From: an uncultured Clostridia bacterium
GTDB lineage: Bacteria > Bacillota_I > Bacilli_A > RF39 > UBA660
Reading direction: 5' to 3'
NCBI GenBank assembly: GCA_947165365.1
Contig: CAMVAF010000004.1
Coordinates: forward strand, 289 to 64,288
Length of the DNA stretch: 64,000 bases
Of this stretch, positions 1 through 8,572 are shown in pieces. Made by a program: the position numbers and the translations under genes. Below the pieces are notes generated by a model. It worked only from the letters and a program-made list of their open reading frames with translations, was not told the origin of the DNA and made no database searches. Positions within the stretch are counted from its first letter, which is position 1; each line of letters opens with the position of its first letter.

Positions 1-308
1 AAATACTTTTCTTGTAATTTATAAACAAAAGTATTAATTAACTCTATTGTTTTTAAAATATCTCTTTCCCTTAAAATACCAGTTGTATTAACATACTTGG
101 TTAATTGATTAAGATTATTACCAATTAATCTTAAATTTTTTATTTCATTATAAAATTCTTTATCAGGCTTTTCTCGTGGGACAACATTTTCAATTAATGA
201 TCTTAGATAATCAGATACACTTAATCCTACATCAAAAGACCTTTTCTTTAAAGTTTCAAACTCACTATTACTAAGATAAAAACTTTTCTTTATTGGTCTT
301 TTTCGCAT
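1..308 (-). CDS. mobC: MobC-like relaxosome accessory protein, first 102 codons (gene continues past left edge)
   Basis: Reverse-strand ATG at 308-306. The frame stays open to the window edge, so it is absent from the ORF track. Translation MRKRPIKKSFYLSNSEFETLKKRSFDVGLSVSDYLRSLIENVVP...LRLIGNNLNQLTKYVN shows an RHH-like N-terminus plus the IGNNLNQ motif typical of MobC proteins. Confidence 0.65.
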   Translation of the reverse strand, partial: MRKRPIKKSFYLSNSEFETLKKRSFDVGLSVSDYLRSLIENVVPREKPDKEFYNEIKNLRLIGNNLNQLTKYVNTTGILRERDILKTIELINTFVYKLQEKY

Positions 309-424
309 GCTCTTTTATCCCTATTATTCTTCTTTATATTATTAATGTGAATCATACATATAAGATTTGTTCCAGACAAAACTCCTATAACTAATCCTAG
401 TACAAAAAATAATAATTCATTCAT
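290..424 (-). CDS. small single-pass membrane protein (44 aa), hypothetical
   Basis: AGGAG (RC of 434-438) lies 9 nt upstream of the ATG at 424-422. MNELLFFVLGLVIGVLSGTNLICMI has one hydrophobic helix. The 60-aa track ORF starts at an upstream TTG without an RBS. It overlaps the mobC start by 19 nt. Confidence 0.3.
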   Translation of the reverse strand: MNELLFFVLGLVIGVLSGTNLICMIHINNIKKNNRDKRACEKDQ

Positions 425-450
425 AAAATTCTTCTCCTTTCTTAAAATAT

Positions 451-504
451 GGGGATTGGGGTTTCCCCACAAGGATTTAACACCTACAAAATATTTTGTG
501 GGGG
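451..504. promoter_or_regulatory. nested G+C-rich inverted repeats; candidate oriT/operator upstream of the mobC operon
   Basis: GGGG(458-461)-TTT-CCCC(465-468) and CCCCACAA(465-472)...TTGTGGGG(496-503) share the CCCC arm. This is the only GC-rich patch in the intergenic DNA upstream of the small-ORF/mobC operon. Confidence 0.3.
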
Positions 505-528
505 TACAAATCCAATGCTTGCTAATAA

Positions 529-675
529 CTACCCAAACATTTTTTTGAATTTCTTTTCTTCTTCTTTATTCATATTCTTTAACAATCTTTTTAAAGCAGA
601 TTCTTCGTTATTTGCAGTAACTTTAAATTCAGCAATATTATTTTTTGAAACAACTTTTACAAAAAAATCTTTCAT
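529..675 (-). CDS. small hypothetical protein (48 aa)
   Basis: GAGGAGG RBS (RC of 681-690) precedes the ATG at 675-673. Translation MKDFFVKVVSKNNIAEFKVTANNEESALKRLLKNMNKEEEKKFKKMFG ends at TAG 531-529. It is below the track length cut-off. Confidence 0.3.
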   Translation of the reverse strand: MKDFFVKVVSKNNIAEFKVTANNEESALKRLLKNMNKEEEKKFKKMFG

Positions 676-702
676 AAAATTTCCTCCTCTCTATATTATG
701 TT

Positions 703-1107
703 TTATTTTTTATTAGTCATTTTTCTTTTTTCATTATTAATCCTTTTTACTTTTTGTATTATATAATCGTGACTATTACTTTTAATATAAATAATTTCTG
801 GTGATACTTGATAGTTTTCTATTCCATTATCAAAGTCAACTATTGCTCTATTACCTATTACAGAAAATATTTCTCCTTTTCCTACTTGAATATTTTCATT
901 TTTTAAATAATTTGTTATAGCAAAGAAATCAAAAATATCTTCATCTAATCCTTCACATATTTTATAAATTGTCATTATTGACGGTTTAGCTAATCCACTT
1001 TCTATATCACTAATTGCTGTATGGCTAACACCTGATCTTCTTGCTAAAGCTCTACAACTTAATCCTTTTTTTATTCTTAAATATTTAACATAATCTTTTA
1101 TATTCAT
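703..1107 (-). CDS. XRE/Cro-C1 family HTH transcriptional regulator (134 aa)
   Basis: N-terminal HTH LRIKKGLSCRALARRSGVSHTAISDIESGLAKPSIMTIYKICEGL. The C-terminal ~60 aa are unassigned. Confidence 0.8.
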   Translation of the reverse strand: MNIKDYVKYLRIKKGLSCRALARRSGVSHTAISDIESGLAKPSIMTIYKICEGLDEDIFDFFAITNYLKNENIQVGKGEIFSVIGNRAIVDFDNGIENYQVSPEIIYIKSNSHDYIIQKVKRINNEKRKMTNKK

Positions 1108-1130
1108 TTTATTTTTCCTCTTTATCTTTC

Positions 1131-1166
1131 TTTTTTTAAAATAGAAAAAGGGCTTTTATTGCCCTT
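1131..1166 (-). terminator. rho-independent terminator after ssb
   Basis: Stem AAGGGC(1148-1153)/GCCCTT(1161-1166), followed on the minus strand by TTTCTATTTT. Confidence 0.55.
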
Positions 1167-1178
1167 CTTCCATTTAAT

Positions 1179-1520
1179 CTATATTTCTTGTTCTTGCTCA
1201 CGATGTCTTGCTGATAGAAAAGATATTCTTTCTGCAATAACATCCATATTTTTTAATGTTTTGCCTTCTTTATTTTCGTATAGTGATGTTTGCAATCGTC
1301 CTTTAATACCAATCAAATCACCTTTTTTACAGTATTCACTAACATTATTGGCAATTCCATCCCATATAACACAATCAACAAAATCAGTTTCATAAACTCC
1401 ATCAATATTTTTAAAATTTCTATTAATTGCTAGAGTAATATTACTAACTTTTTTGCCTGATTCTAATTCTTTTATTTCTGGATCCTTTACAAGTCTTCCT
1501 ACTAACATTAAATTATTCAT
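1179..1520 (-). CDS. ssb: single-stranded DNA-binding protein, short SsbB-like form (113 aa)
   Basis: OB-fold SSB strings MLVGRLVKDPEIKELESGKKVSNITLAINRNF and DCVIWDGIANNVSEYCKKGDLIGIKGRLQT. There is no acidic D-D-[IL]-P-F C-terminal tip. Confidence 0.85.
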   Translation of the reverse strand: MNNLMLVGRLVKDPEIKELESGKKVSNITLAINRNFKNIDGVYETDFVDCVIWDGIANNVSEYCKKGDLIGIKGRLQTSLYENKEGKTLKNMDVIAERISFLSARHREQEQEI

Positions 1521-1854
1521 TATAATTATTTTCCTCCTTCATCTCTTTGTTTTTTTTATATTTTTCTTTATTTTCTACTAATATTCTATAAAAATTTTCA
1601 CTTACTTCTATCCTCGTGATGTTAGTAAGTAAAACATATAAAACATATTCTATTTGTGATGGAAAAAAACCAACTAATACTTTGTCATCAATTATTTCTG
1701 AAAACATAAGTAATTTATTTTTTATTTCATCACCATTTTTTCTAACTTCTTCTGGTACTAAATTTTCTCTATCAGATAAAAGTTCAATTAATTTGTTATA
1801 ATCATCAATTGATAATTTTGCCCTAATTGATGGTGTTTTCTTTTCGTAAGACAT
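1513..1854 (-). CDS. hypothetical protein (113 aa), mobile-element cargo
   Basis: Track ORF with an AGGAGG RBS (RC of 1861-1870). It overlaps the ssb start by 8 nt. No motif recognised. Confidence 0.5.
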   Translation of the reverse strand: MSYEKKTPSIRAKLSIDDYNKLIELLSDRENLVPEEVRKNGDEIKNKLLMFSEIIDDKVLVGFFPSQIEYVLYVLLTNITRIEVSENFYRILVENKEKYKKNKEMKEENNYNE

Positions 1855-1855
1855 T

Positions 1856-2080
1856 TTATTTTCCTCCTTTTAAATTTTGTCCACTAAAAAAAGCAATCAC
1901 TTTTTTTTCTTTGATTGCTTTCATTAAATCTTTAATATTTTGAATATCAATAGATGTTATATTATTTATTTCAAATATATCATTTATTTTCATATTCTTT
2001 ATTTTTTCATCAGTATTATATCCTGAATTAATAAGTTTTTCTAATGTTTTAAACTTATTTGTTAAGCTATTTTCTTTCAT
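1856..2080 (-). CDS. hypothetical protein (74 aa)
   Basis: Track ORF with an AGGAGG RBS upstream of the ATG at 2080. No motif recognised. Confidence 0.45.
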   Translation of the reverse strand: MKENSLTNKFKTLEKLINSGYNTDEKIKNMKINDIFEINNITSIDIQNIKDLMKAIKEKKVIAFFSGQNLKGGK

Positions 2081-2501
2081 TTTCCTCCTTTTCTATATCA
2101 ACTTCTACAAAATAATGAATGTCAATATCATCATTACTATTTGGATATGGATAAATTAACTTATCAAGTTTAAGATAAATATCTTGTATTATTTTCTCGT
2201 ATTTTTCGTTATATCCAAACTTTTCGTCTTCATGTAAGAATTTAAAAATGCTATACAAAACTAAATCGTTTATATCTACTTCTCTAATAATACCATTTTC
2301 TAATATAGTATCATTATTCACTTTATTTGGTTGGTTATTACAATAATTACTTTGAAAACTATTACTACCTCTAACATTAAAAATTAAATCTGAAAATTTA
2401 TCAAGTAATTTATTTATTTCAGTATTTGTACTTTTATAATTAAAAAGTCCATGTAATATATTTTCATAAAAGATTTGCTTTAATTTTTGGAATTCGTCCA
2501 T
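2067..2501 (-). CDS. hypothetical protein (144 aa from ATG 2501)
   Basis: Track ORF 2067-2531. GAGGTGG RBS sits 5 nt before the internal ATG at 2501 (MDEFQKLKQIFYE...). No motif recognised. Confidence 0.5.
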   Translation of the reverse strand: MDEFQKLKQIFYENILHGLFNYKSTNTEINKLLDKFSDLIFNVRGSNSFQSNYCNNQPNKVNNDTILENGIIREVDINDLVLYSIFKFLHEDEKFGYNEKYEKIIQDIYLKLDKLIYPYPNSNDDIDIHYFVEVDIEKEENERK

Positions 2502-2559
2502 TAATACCACCTCATAAAGCAAAAATACCATATTATTATTTGTTAGTAAATTATGCGAT

Positions 2560-3201
2560 TTATTTAATTTCTTCTAATTCGCAGATTATTACAATTTGTT
2601 TATTAGTATTTCTTCTACAAGTAATAAGAATTAAGTTATTTTTATTCTTATTGTATATAAGGTTTACCTTACCATTTTTAATTACATCATAAATATTAAC
2701 AATACTATATGTATAAGTTTTATTCTTATAATCAATAAAAACATTATCATTTATTTTTAATTTATCTAATTTATCAAAATAAGAAATACTTGCAGTTCCA
2801 GAGTGTGATGCAACAATTAAATTTGTTTTTTCTTTATCAGGCATACTAGAATTAGCAAGTATTTCTATTCCATATTTAACATTATTTAAAGGATTATCTT
2901 TACTAACTAATCCTTTTGTTAAATTAATTTTGGGTATTTTTAAAACAGCCACATAATCTATTTTTTTTGTTTTTTTAGATGTCGTCTTCTTTTGTGTTTC
3001 AATACTTTTATTCTCATAAGTTATCTCACTTTCTTTAATTTCTACATTATCATAATATTCTTCAATAGAATCTTTTTCAAGTTGCTCTTGTTCTTTTTCA
3101 TCATAAAAATCTCTAAATAAAAGGAATAAACTTAATATAATGAGTAATAGACCAAATAAATATATTAGTTTATTATTTCTTTTTATTTTTCTTTTTTTCA
3201 T
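2560..3201 (-). CDS. sortase-family transpeptidase (213 aa from ATG 3201)
   Basis: N-terminal TM segment LIYLFGLLLIILSLFLLF, His in LIVASHSG and Cys in LILITCRR (TLxTC-like). It lies immediately downstream of the adhesin gene and overlaps its end. Confidence 0.6.
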   Translation of the reverse strand: MKKRKIKRNNKLIYLFGLLLIILSLFLLFRDFYDEKEQEQLEKDSIEEYYDNVEIKESEITYENKSIETQKKTTSKKTKKIDYVAVLKIPKINLTKGLVSKDNPLNNVKYGIEILANSSMPDKEKTNLIVASHSGTASISYFDKLDKLKINDNVFIDYKNKTYTYSIVNIYDVIKNGKVNLIYNKNKNNLILITCRRNTNKQIVIICELEEIK

Positions 3202-6200
3202 AAAGTATAATACCAATACCAAGTAATAGAATAATTGAAGCATATACGATTAATTTATAATCTTTATTTTGATCTGTCTTTGGTACTTCAATAATGATTT
3301 TTTCATCTGTTATTGTTGCTTTAACAATTTCTCCATCTTCCTTAATTTCAAAGAACATCTTTTCATCATTAATTAAATATCCTTCAGGAGCTTCACTTTC
3401 AATAATGTAGTATTTTCCATATTCAAGATTATTTATTACTATTTTTCCATTCTCATCAGTTCGATCAGAAAAGATTAATTCATCATTCATATTGTAAATA
3501 GATAACAATGTATTAGGAAGTGTTTCACTTGTTGATACATCTATTTTAGTTATTTCAATAGATCCAATTATCTTTTTATTTTTAACATCACTCTTAATTA
3601 CTTTTCCATCTTCCTTAATAGAAAAATACATCTTCTCATCATTTAAAACATATCCTTCTTTTGCTTCTTTTTCAAGGAAGTAATAATCGCCATACTCTAA
3701 ATTTCTAATAGTAATTTTACCATTTTCATCTGTTCTTTTACTAAATATTAAATTGTTTTTATTATCATATATTTCAAATAAAACATCAGGTATTGGTTCG
3801 TCAGTAGATAAATCTGTTTTGCTTATTTCTAAATCACCTGTTATCTTTTTATTAGTCATATCAGCTTTAATTATTTTACCATCTTCTTTTATTTCAAAGA
3901 AAACTTTTTCATCACTAATTAAAAAAGATGTTGCAGGTTCTTTTTCTAAAATATAGTATTTACCAATAGGTAGTTTTTCAAGTTTAATCTTACCTTCATT
4001 ATCAGTAATACCTGTAAATATTAATTCATCTTTATCTGTATATATTTCTATTTTTGTATTAGGAATAGGATTTCCATTAACAAAATCTGTCTTACTAAAT
4101 TCTAAATCAGATTTCTTTAAATAGTTATCAAGTTCAATATTATATTCAATAATTGGTGTCTTATCATCTTTATATTTAAGTTCAAAACAATGTGGTTTAT
4201 CATCAAGAACATATTTATCATTTGTCTTTGTTTCAACTAGGCAATACTTTCCAAGTGATAAATTATCAATAGTATATTTACCATCTTTAATAGTAAATTC
4301 TTTAATTACTTTATCATCAGATAATAATTTAAATGAAACATTATTTAATAGTTCTTTTTCAAAAGATAATTTACCTTCATTAATAACAGTTTTCTCACCA
4401 TATTTAGTAATATTTATCTTTCCTTTAACTTCTTTATTTTCAAAATAAACTTCAACAATAGATCCAAAAGTTTCATCATGTATTATTTTGTTATTATCTC
4501 TAATAGAGAAATTAACTTTACCATTTGATAATAAATAATTAGGTACAGTTTTTATTTCTTCTATTTCATAATCACCAGCAAATAAAGGAAGTGGTGTTAT
4601 TAAAATACCTTCGTTATTAGTTTCATATTCACAAATAACCTTATCAGTTGTTTGGCATATATACTCATTTGTTTTAGTATTCTTTATTTTGAATTTAAAT
4701 CCAGATAAATTAATAGTTTCTTTGGTGTCAGCATCAATTTTTATTAATTTTAATTTAGCGGTTATTTCACCATTTTTGATATTTTTTACTTGTGTTAAAT
4801 CAGAATCTTCATTAACACTAATATCAAATGTTCCCATCATTTTATATTTTTCTAATCCTTTAATTTGTTTTACCTTATAATTTCCATAAGGAAGATTTAC
4901 TTTTGCATAACCATTTTTATCAGTTGTAAATGTTTCTACAACTTCATTTTTATTATTAGATATTTCAAAAACAGCATTAGGTTCAGAATAAATAAATCCT
5001 GTACTTTGATTTCCATAAAACTTATTAAAAATAAAATCATTTTTTATAACTTCATCTTGGACAACAACTTCATAATTATTAGAAATAGTTGCTCTTAATT
5101 GAATAGGAATAACTTGATCTTTTATTGATACATTAAAGGTATTTTCATTAAGATAATATCCTTTAGGATTTTCTTTTTCAATTATTTTGTATTCTCCATA
5201 AGGAAGATCTTTTGATATAGCAGTGCAATCATCACCTATAATTAATGTTTCTATTACATTATTATTTTTATCTTTTATCTCAAATTTTGCACCACTTAAT
5301 AATGCTTCACCTTGTGCATTACAAGAATTATTATCTTTATCAACTTTAATGATTTTTATTGTTCCTTTAATAACTTCTTCTTTAGATGTAATATTAATTG
5401 TATTGCTATTTATAATATCAGCATCATACATATTTTCATCAATTTTATAACCAATACTAGAACTAATTTCTTGAATTCTATATTTACCATAAGGAAGATC
5501 TTTTGATATAGCAGTGCAATCATTTCCAATAGTTAATGTTTCTACAATATTATTTACTTCATCATAAATATTATATTTAGCACCTACTAAACTACTATCT
5601 CCTTGTGCTTTACAAGTATTAGTTTCAGAATCAATTTTAGTTATCTTAATTTTTGCTTTTATTACCTCATCTTTTGATGTTATTTCACTTGTTTCACCAT
5701 TAGAAGTAATATTAACCGTATAAGAAGTTTTATCAAGATAATAGCCATTTCCTGCAGTTATTTCTTTAACATTATAATTTCCATAAGGAAGATTTTTTGA
5801 TATTACTGTACAATCATTTCCTATAGTTAATGTTTCTACTAGTTCATTACTTTTATTATAAATTCCATATTTAGCACCAACAAGATTAGCATTTCCTTGA
5901 CTTCTACAAGAATTTAATTCTGAATCTAATTTATTTACCTTTACTTTTCCTTTAATAACAGCATCTTTAACAATAACAGTAGGATTTAAATTACTATCAG
6001 TTATTTCTACAGGATACTTTGTATTATCAAGTAAATATCCTTCTGGTGAAGATATTTCTTTCAAATAAAAAGTACCAATTCTATTAATTAAAGAACTAGT
6101 ACCTTTACCTTCATTATTAGTAGTTATTTCAGTAATTAAATTATCACTTTCATCATAAATACCATACTTGGCATTGGATAGTTTAGCATTCCCTTGTGGT

Positions 6201-7045
6201 GTATTTGAATTTGTTTCACTATCTTTCTTTTCAATAGAAATTGTTCCTCCTGTGGTATTTAATTTTATTGTTGAAGTAACGGGATCTGCTATTCTAAATC
6301 TTCCTAATTTTTGAGATTTACCATTTTCTCCAACAAATATTATTGTTGTTTCTTCATCATAATTTTTCTTAATAAATTTTATTTCACTTGAAGACATTTG
6401 CTTTGGTGTAATATAAAGTTTATTATTTTCAATTCTAACTTCATTATTACCACTATCATAAATATCAAAATTAGATAACACATTATTAGCATCATCTATT
6501 ACAATTTCTTTATTATATGTTGCATCAAAATTTTGAGTATCAAATGAAGGTTTATCATAATGAGTTTCTACAAGTCTTAATATTTCATTTCGCTCATTAG
6601 ATATATCAATATGTGTTCCTCCTCCATTTATTTTTGTGTAGAATTCTACTTTTAAATTCTTTGCTGTTTCCCAAATAAGAGCTTGTGTAGCCATTCTATA
6701 TTTTTGAGTTTTATGTCCTGGATATTCATATCCATAATAACCTATTAATTGCATACGATGTGTTTTTTCAGCATTAAATGGTGATTTCTCAATACCATAT
6801 ACTAAATAATCCCAATCATTTATTTCTACACCTGGTTCAATACAAAAAGCAGGTATCCCATTTAAATTATAGTATAAATATTGATGTGAATCATTTAATC
6901 CATCACCTTTTCTAGTATAATAAACATTACTTTGATAATCAAAACTAATCTTTACTTTTTGTGCTGCATAAACATCATTTACTTTTAAAATAAAAATACT
7001 TACTATTGCTAGCAAGTACATCATTAATTTCTTTTTAATTTTCAT
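3173..7045 (-). CDS. thioester-domain surface adhesin with tandem SpaA/Cna-B-type modules and a C-terminal sorting signal (1290 aa)
   Basis: AGGAGG RBS, then MKIKKKLMMYLLAIVSIFILKVNDVYA/AQK signal peptide. Thioester motifs AFCIEPG (Cys codon 6842-6844) and MATQALIWE (TQxA[IL]W). The C-terminus has VPKTD (3272-3286), a hydrophobic stretch and KKKNKKK. Confidence 0.85.
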   Translation of the reverse strand: MKIKKKLMMYLLAIVSIFILKVNDVYAAQKVKISFDYQSNVYYTRKGDGLNDSHQYLYYNLNGIPAFCIEPGVEINDWDYLVYGIEKSPFNAEKTHRMQLIGYYGYEYPGHKTQKYRMATQALIWETAKNLKVEFYTKINGGGTHIDISNERNEILRLVETHYDKPSFDTQNFDATYNKEIVIDDANNVLSNFDIYDSGNNEVRIENNKLYITPKQMSSSEIKFIKKNYDEETTIIFVGENGKSQKLGRFRIADPVTSTIKLNTTGGTISIEKKDSETNSNTPQGNAKLSNAKYGIYDESDNLITEITTNNEGKGTSSLINRIGTFYLKEISSPEGYLLDNTKYPVEITDSNLNPTVIVKDAVIKGKVKVNKLDSELNSCRSQGNANLVGAKYGIYNKSNELVETLTIGNDCTVISKNLPYGNYNVKEITAGNGYYLDKTSYTVNITSNGETSEITSKDEVIKAKIKITKIDSETNTCKAQGDSSLVGAKYNIYDEVNNIVETLTIGNDCTAISKDLPYGKYRIQEISSSIGYKIDENMYDADIINSNTINITSKEEVIKGTIKIIKVDKDNNSCNAQGEALLSGAKFEIKDKNNNVIETLIIGDDCTAISKDLPYGEYKIIEKENPKGYYLNENTFNVSIKDQVIPIQLRATISNNYEVVVQDEVIKNDFIFNKFYGNQSTGFIYSEPNAVFEISNNKNEVVETFTTDKNGYAKVNLPYGNYKVKQIKGLEKYKMMGTFDISVNEDSDLTQVKNIKNGEITAKLKLIKIDADTKETINLSGFKFKIKNTKTNEYICQTTDKVICEYETNNEGILITPLPLFAGDYEIEEIKTVPNYLLSNGKVNFSIRDNNKIIHDETFGSIVEVYFENKEVKGKINITKYGEKTVINEGKLSFEKELLNNVSFKLLSDDKVIKEFTIKDGKYTIDNLSLGKYCLVETKTNDKYVLDDKPHCFELKYKDDKTPIIEYNIELDNYLKKSDLEFSKTDFVNGNPIPNTKIEIYTDKDELIFTGITDNEGKIKLEKLPIGKYYILEKEPATSFLISDEKVFFEIKEDGKIIKADMTNKKITGDLEISKTDLSTDEPIPDVLFEIYDNKNNLIFSKRTDENGKITIRNLEYGDYYFLEKEAKEGYVLNDEKMYFSIKEDGKVIKSDVKNKKIIGSIEITKIDVSTSETLPNTLLSIYNMNDELIFSDRTDENGKIVINNLEYGKYYIIESEAPEGYLINDEKMFFEIKEDGEIVKATITDEKIIIEVPKTDQNKDYKLIVYASIILLLGIGIILYEKKKNKKK
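3290..4120 (-). repeat. three tandem ~90-aa Cna-B/SpaA-like coding repeats
   Basis: Repeated units KKI[TI]G.[LI]EI[ST]K.D...P[IL]P....EIY......F...TDENGKI....LEYG.YY..E.EA.EGY..NDEK.[FY]F.IKEDG. Confidence 0.7.
5100..6260 (-). repeat. four tandem ~96-aa SpaA-like coding repeats, each with a Cys pair
   Basis: Units such as KVKVNKLDSELNSCRSQGNANLVGAKYGIY...TLTIGNDCTVISKNLPYGNY. There are >30-nt identical DNA stretches between copies, e.g. aaggaagatcttttgatatagcagtgcaatcat near 5200 and 5490. Confidence 0.7.
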
Positions 7046-7077
7046 CTTTCCTCCTATCAAAAACAATCAATTGATTG

Positions 7078-7758
7078 TTATTTTTTATATTCTTTGTAAG
7101 TTCCATCTTTATAACGAATATATAGTCTAAAACCTACTTCTTTGCCTTTGTATGATTCAGAAGTACACATTGTTGAAGCAATATTTTCAGTATCACTAAA
7201 ACTTAAATCAATTCCCTTTTTTAAACATTCATCTTTAGAAGAAAACAATTCTTTTTTCATTTTGATATACTCTGGATCATTTTTATAATCTGCTTCTTTT
7301 GGTTCTTCAATAACTATTTCAATAGTTTTAGAAGTTTCTTCCTTAGTTTTAGGTTGTACTTCTTCTTTCTTTTCTTCTTTAACTTCACTTTTAGGAGAAG
7401 TTTCTGTTTTATTACTACTTTCTAAAGTAGTGTTGTTATCTTTCTTTGTATCTTTAATTACTTTAGGTGTAGCTGTTTTTGTATTATTCTTTGTTGAAGA
7501 ACTTTTCTTACTATCAACTTTTTTCTCCACTACATTAGTTTTTTGACTACTAACATTTTCTTTATTTTCTTCTATTTTTTCACTATTTGTTTCAGTATCA
7601 CTAATAATAGTTTCTTCAAAGTTTTCTAATTCTTCTTTAGATTCTTCAATAACAATATTTGTTTTTAAATCAGTTTTTTTCTCCGTTATAGAATACAAAT
7701 ATCCTGTAATAATAAACAAAATTAAACTAATTGTTATCATTATTTTAAATTTTTTCAT
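7078..7758 (-). CDS. membrane-anchored K/E/T/S-rich hypothetical surface protein (226 aa)
   Basis: N-terminal anchor MKKFKIMITISLILFIITGYL, a long low-complexity charged linker, and a ~70-aa C-terminal globular part with two Cys. Confidence 0.5.
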   Translation of the reverse strand: MKKFKIMITISLILFIITGYLYSITEKKTDLKTNIVIEESKEELENFEETIISDTETNSEKIEENKENVSSQKTNVVEKKVDSKKSSSTKNNTKTATPKVIKDTKKDNNTTLESSNKTETSPKSEVKEEKKEEVQPKTKEETSKTIEIVIEEPKEADYKNDPEYIKMKKELFSSKDECLKKGIDLSFSDTENIASTMCTSESYKGKEVGFRLYIRYKDGTYKEYKK

Positions 7759-7813
7759 ATCATCACTTCCAATCCCATTATTACATTTTATACTTAATTA
7801 AACAAATCTGCGA

Positions 7814-8572
7814 TTATCTTTCTCTTTCAATTTTTACTTTTGGTTCTTCTGGATATAATTCATCAGGCATATTATCTTCACAAGCAAAATTATGATCCAT
7901 TGCATTTTTTAAATATCCGTATCTACTGATAACATTTTTACCATCAGCATCCTTAAACTCGTTTCCTTTAATTTTTCTTACAACATAATTCATTTTTGCA
8001 AAAATATCTACTTGATTTCTTCCCTCGCCTAAATAAAAATTATATAGATTATCATAAAAATCTAAATATGGATCACTTTCGTCAGTATATCCTATTCTAA
8101 TTAATTCTTCAGTAAATCTAGTTCTTTTCACTTCAGAAAGTGTTTTATCTATTTTATCTATATCTATTATTTCTTCATTATTTATTATATTATTATTTAT
8201 TTGGGGCGGGTTTTCCGTAAACGGATTAACCGTAACCGGAAAATCCGGTCTCGGTTCATTTAATGCCATAAGTGGTAATTGTGACGGATGTTCATACACA
8301 GTATATCTATATTTAAAAGTTCCTCTTTCAGTTCTATCCATAGTAATAGTTATATAGTTATATTTTTTTAATTCATTTATAGTAGCTCTAATTGCATCTT
8401 TATTTTCTTTACATATTGAAACAAGACCTTTAAATGAATAATCCCAATTATCTGGAAGACTTAACATAAGGGTTAATAAGCCTTTTGCTTTAAGCGACAA
8501 ATTATTATCTCTTAAATGGTAATTTGTTATGACACTAAACCCTTTTGTTTTCTTTATATCAAAAATCTCCAC
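7814..8572 (-). CDS. winged-HTH Rep/DnaD-like replication or DNA-binding protein of the mobile element (252 aa, GTG start)
   Basis: FSVITNYHLRDNNLSLKAKGLLTLMLSLPDNWDYSFKGLVSICKENKDAIRATINELKKYNYI, then a Pro-rich EPRPDFPVTVNPFTENPPQINN linker. As I recall, this pattern is found in the Rep-like HTH proteins that accompany ParB on clostridial conjugative elements. GAGGTG RBS; the start overlaps the parB stop. Confidence 0.5.
   Translation of the reverse strand: MEIFDIKKTKGFSVITNYHLRDNNLSLKAKGLLTLMLSLPDNWDYSFKGLVSICKENKDAIRATINELKKYNYITITMDRTERGTFKYRYTVYEHPSQLPLMALNEPRPDFPVTVNPFTENPPQINNNIINNEEIIDIDKIDKTLSEVKRTRFTEELIRIGYTDESDPYLDFYDNLYNFYLGEGRNQVDIFAKMNYVVRKIKGNEFKDADGKNVISRYGYLKNAMDHNFACEDNMPDELYPEEPKVKIERER

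Noticed and set aside
449-766. Plus-strand track ORFs antisense to well-supported minus-strand genes. Examples: 449-766, 1159-1395, 3753-3956, 4689-5506, 13268-14409, 36807-37094, 41285-region 40980-41285, 47065-47334, 55235-55525.
   Set aside because: They have low-complexity F/L/I/S-rich translations and no RBS. Each is fully overlapped by a gene with clear motifs. They are typical shadow ORFs of AT-rich DNA.
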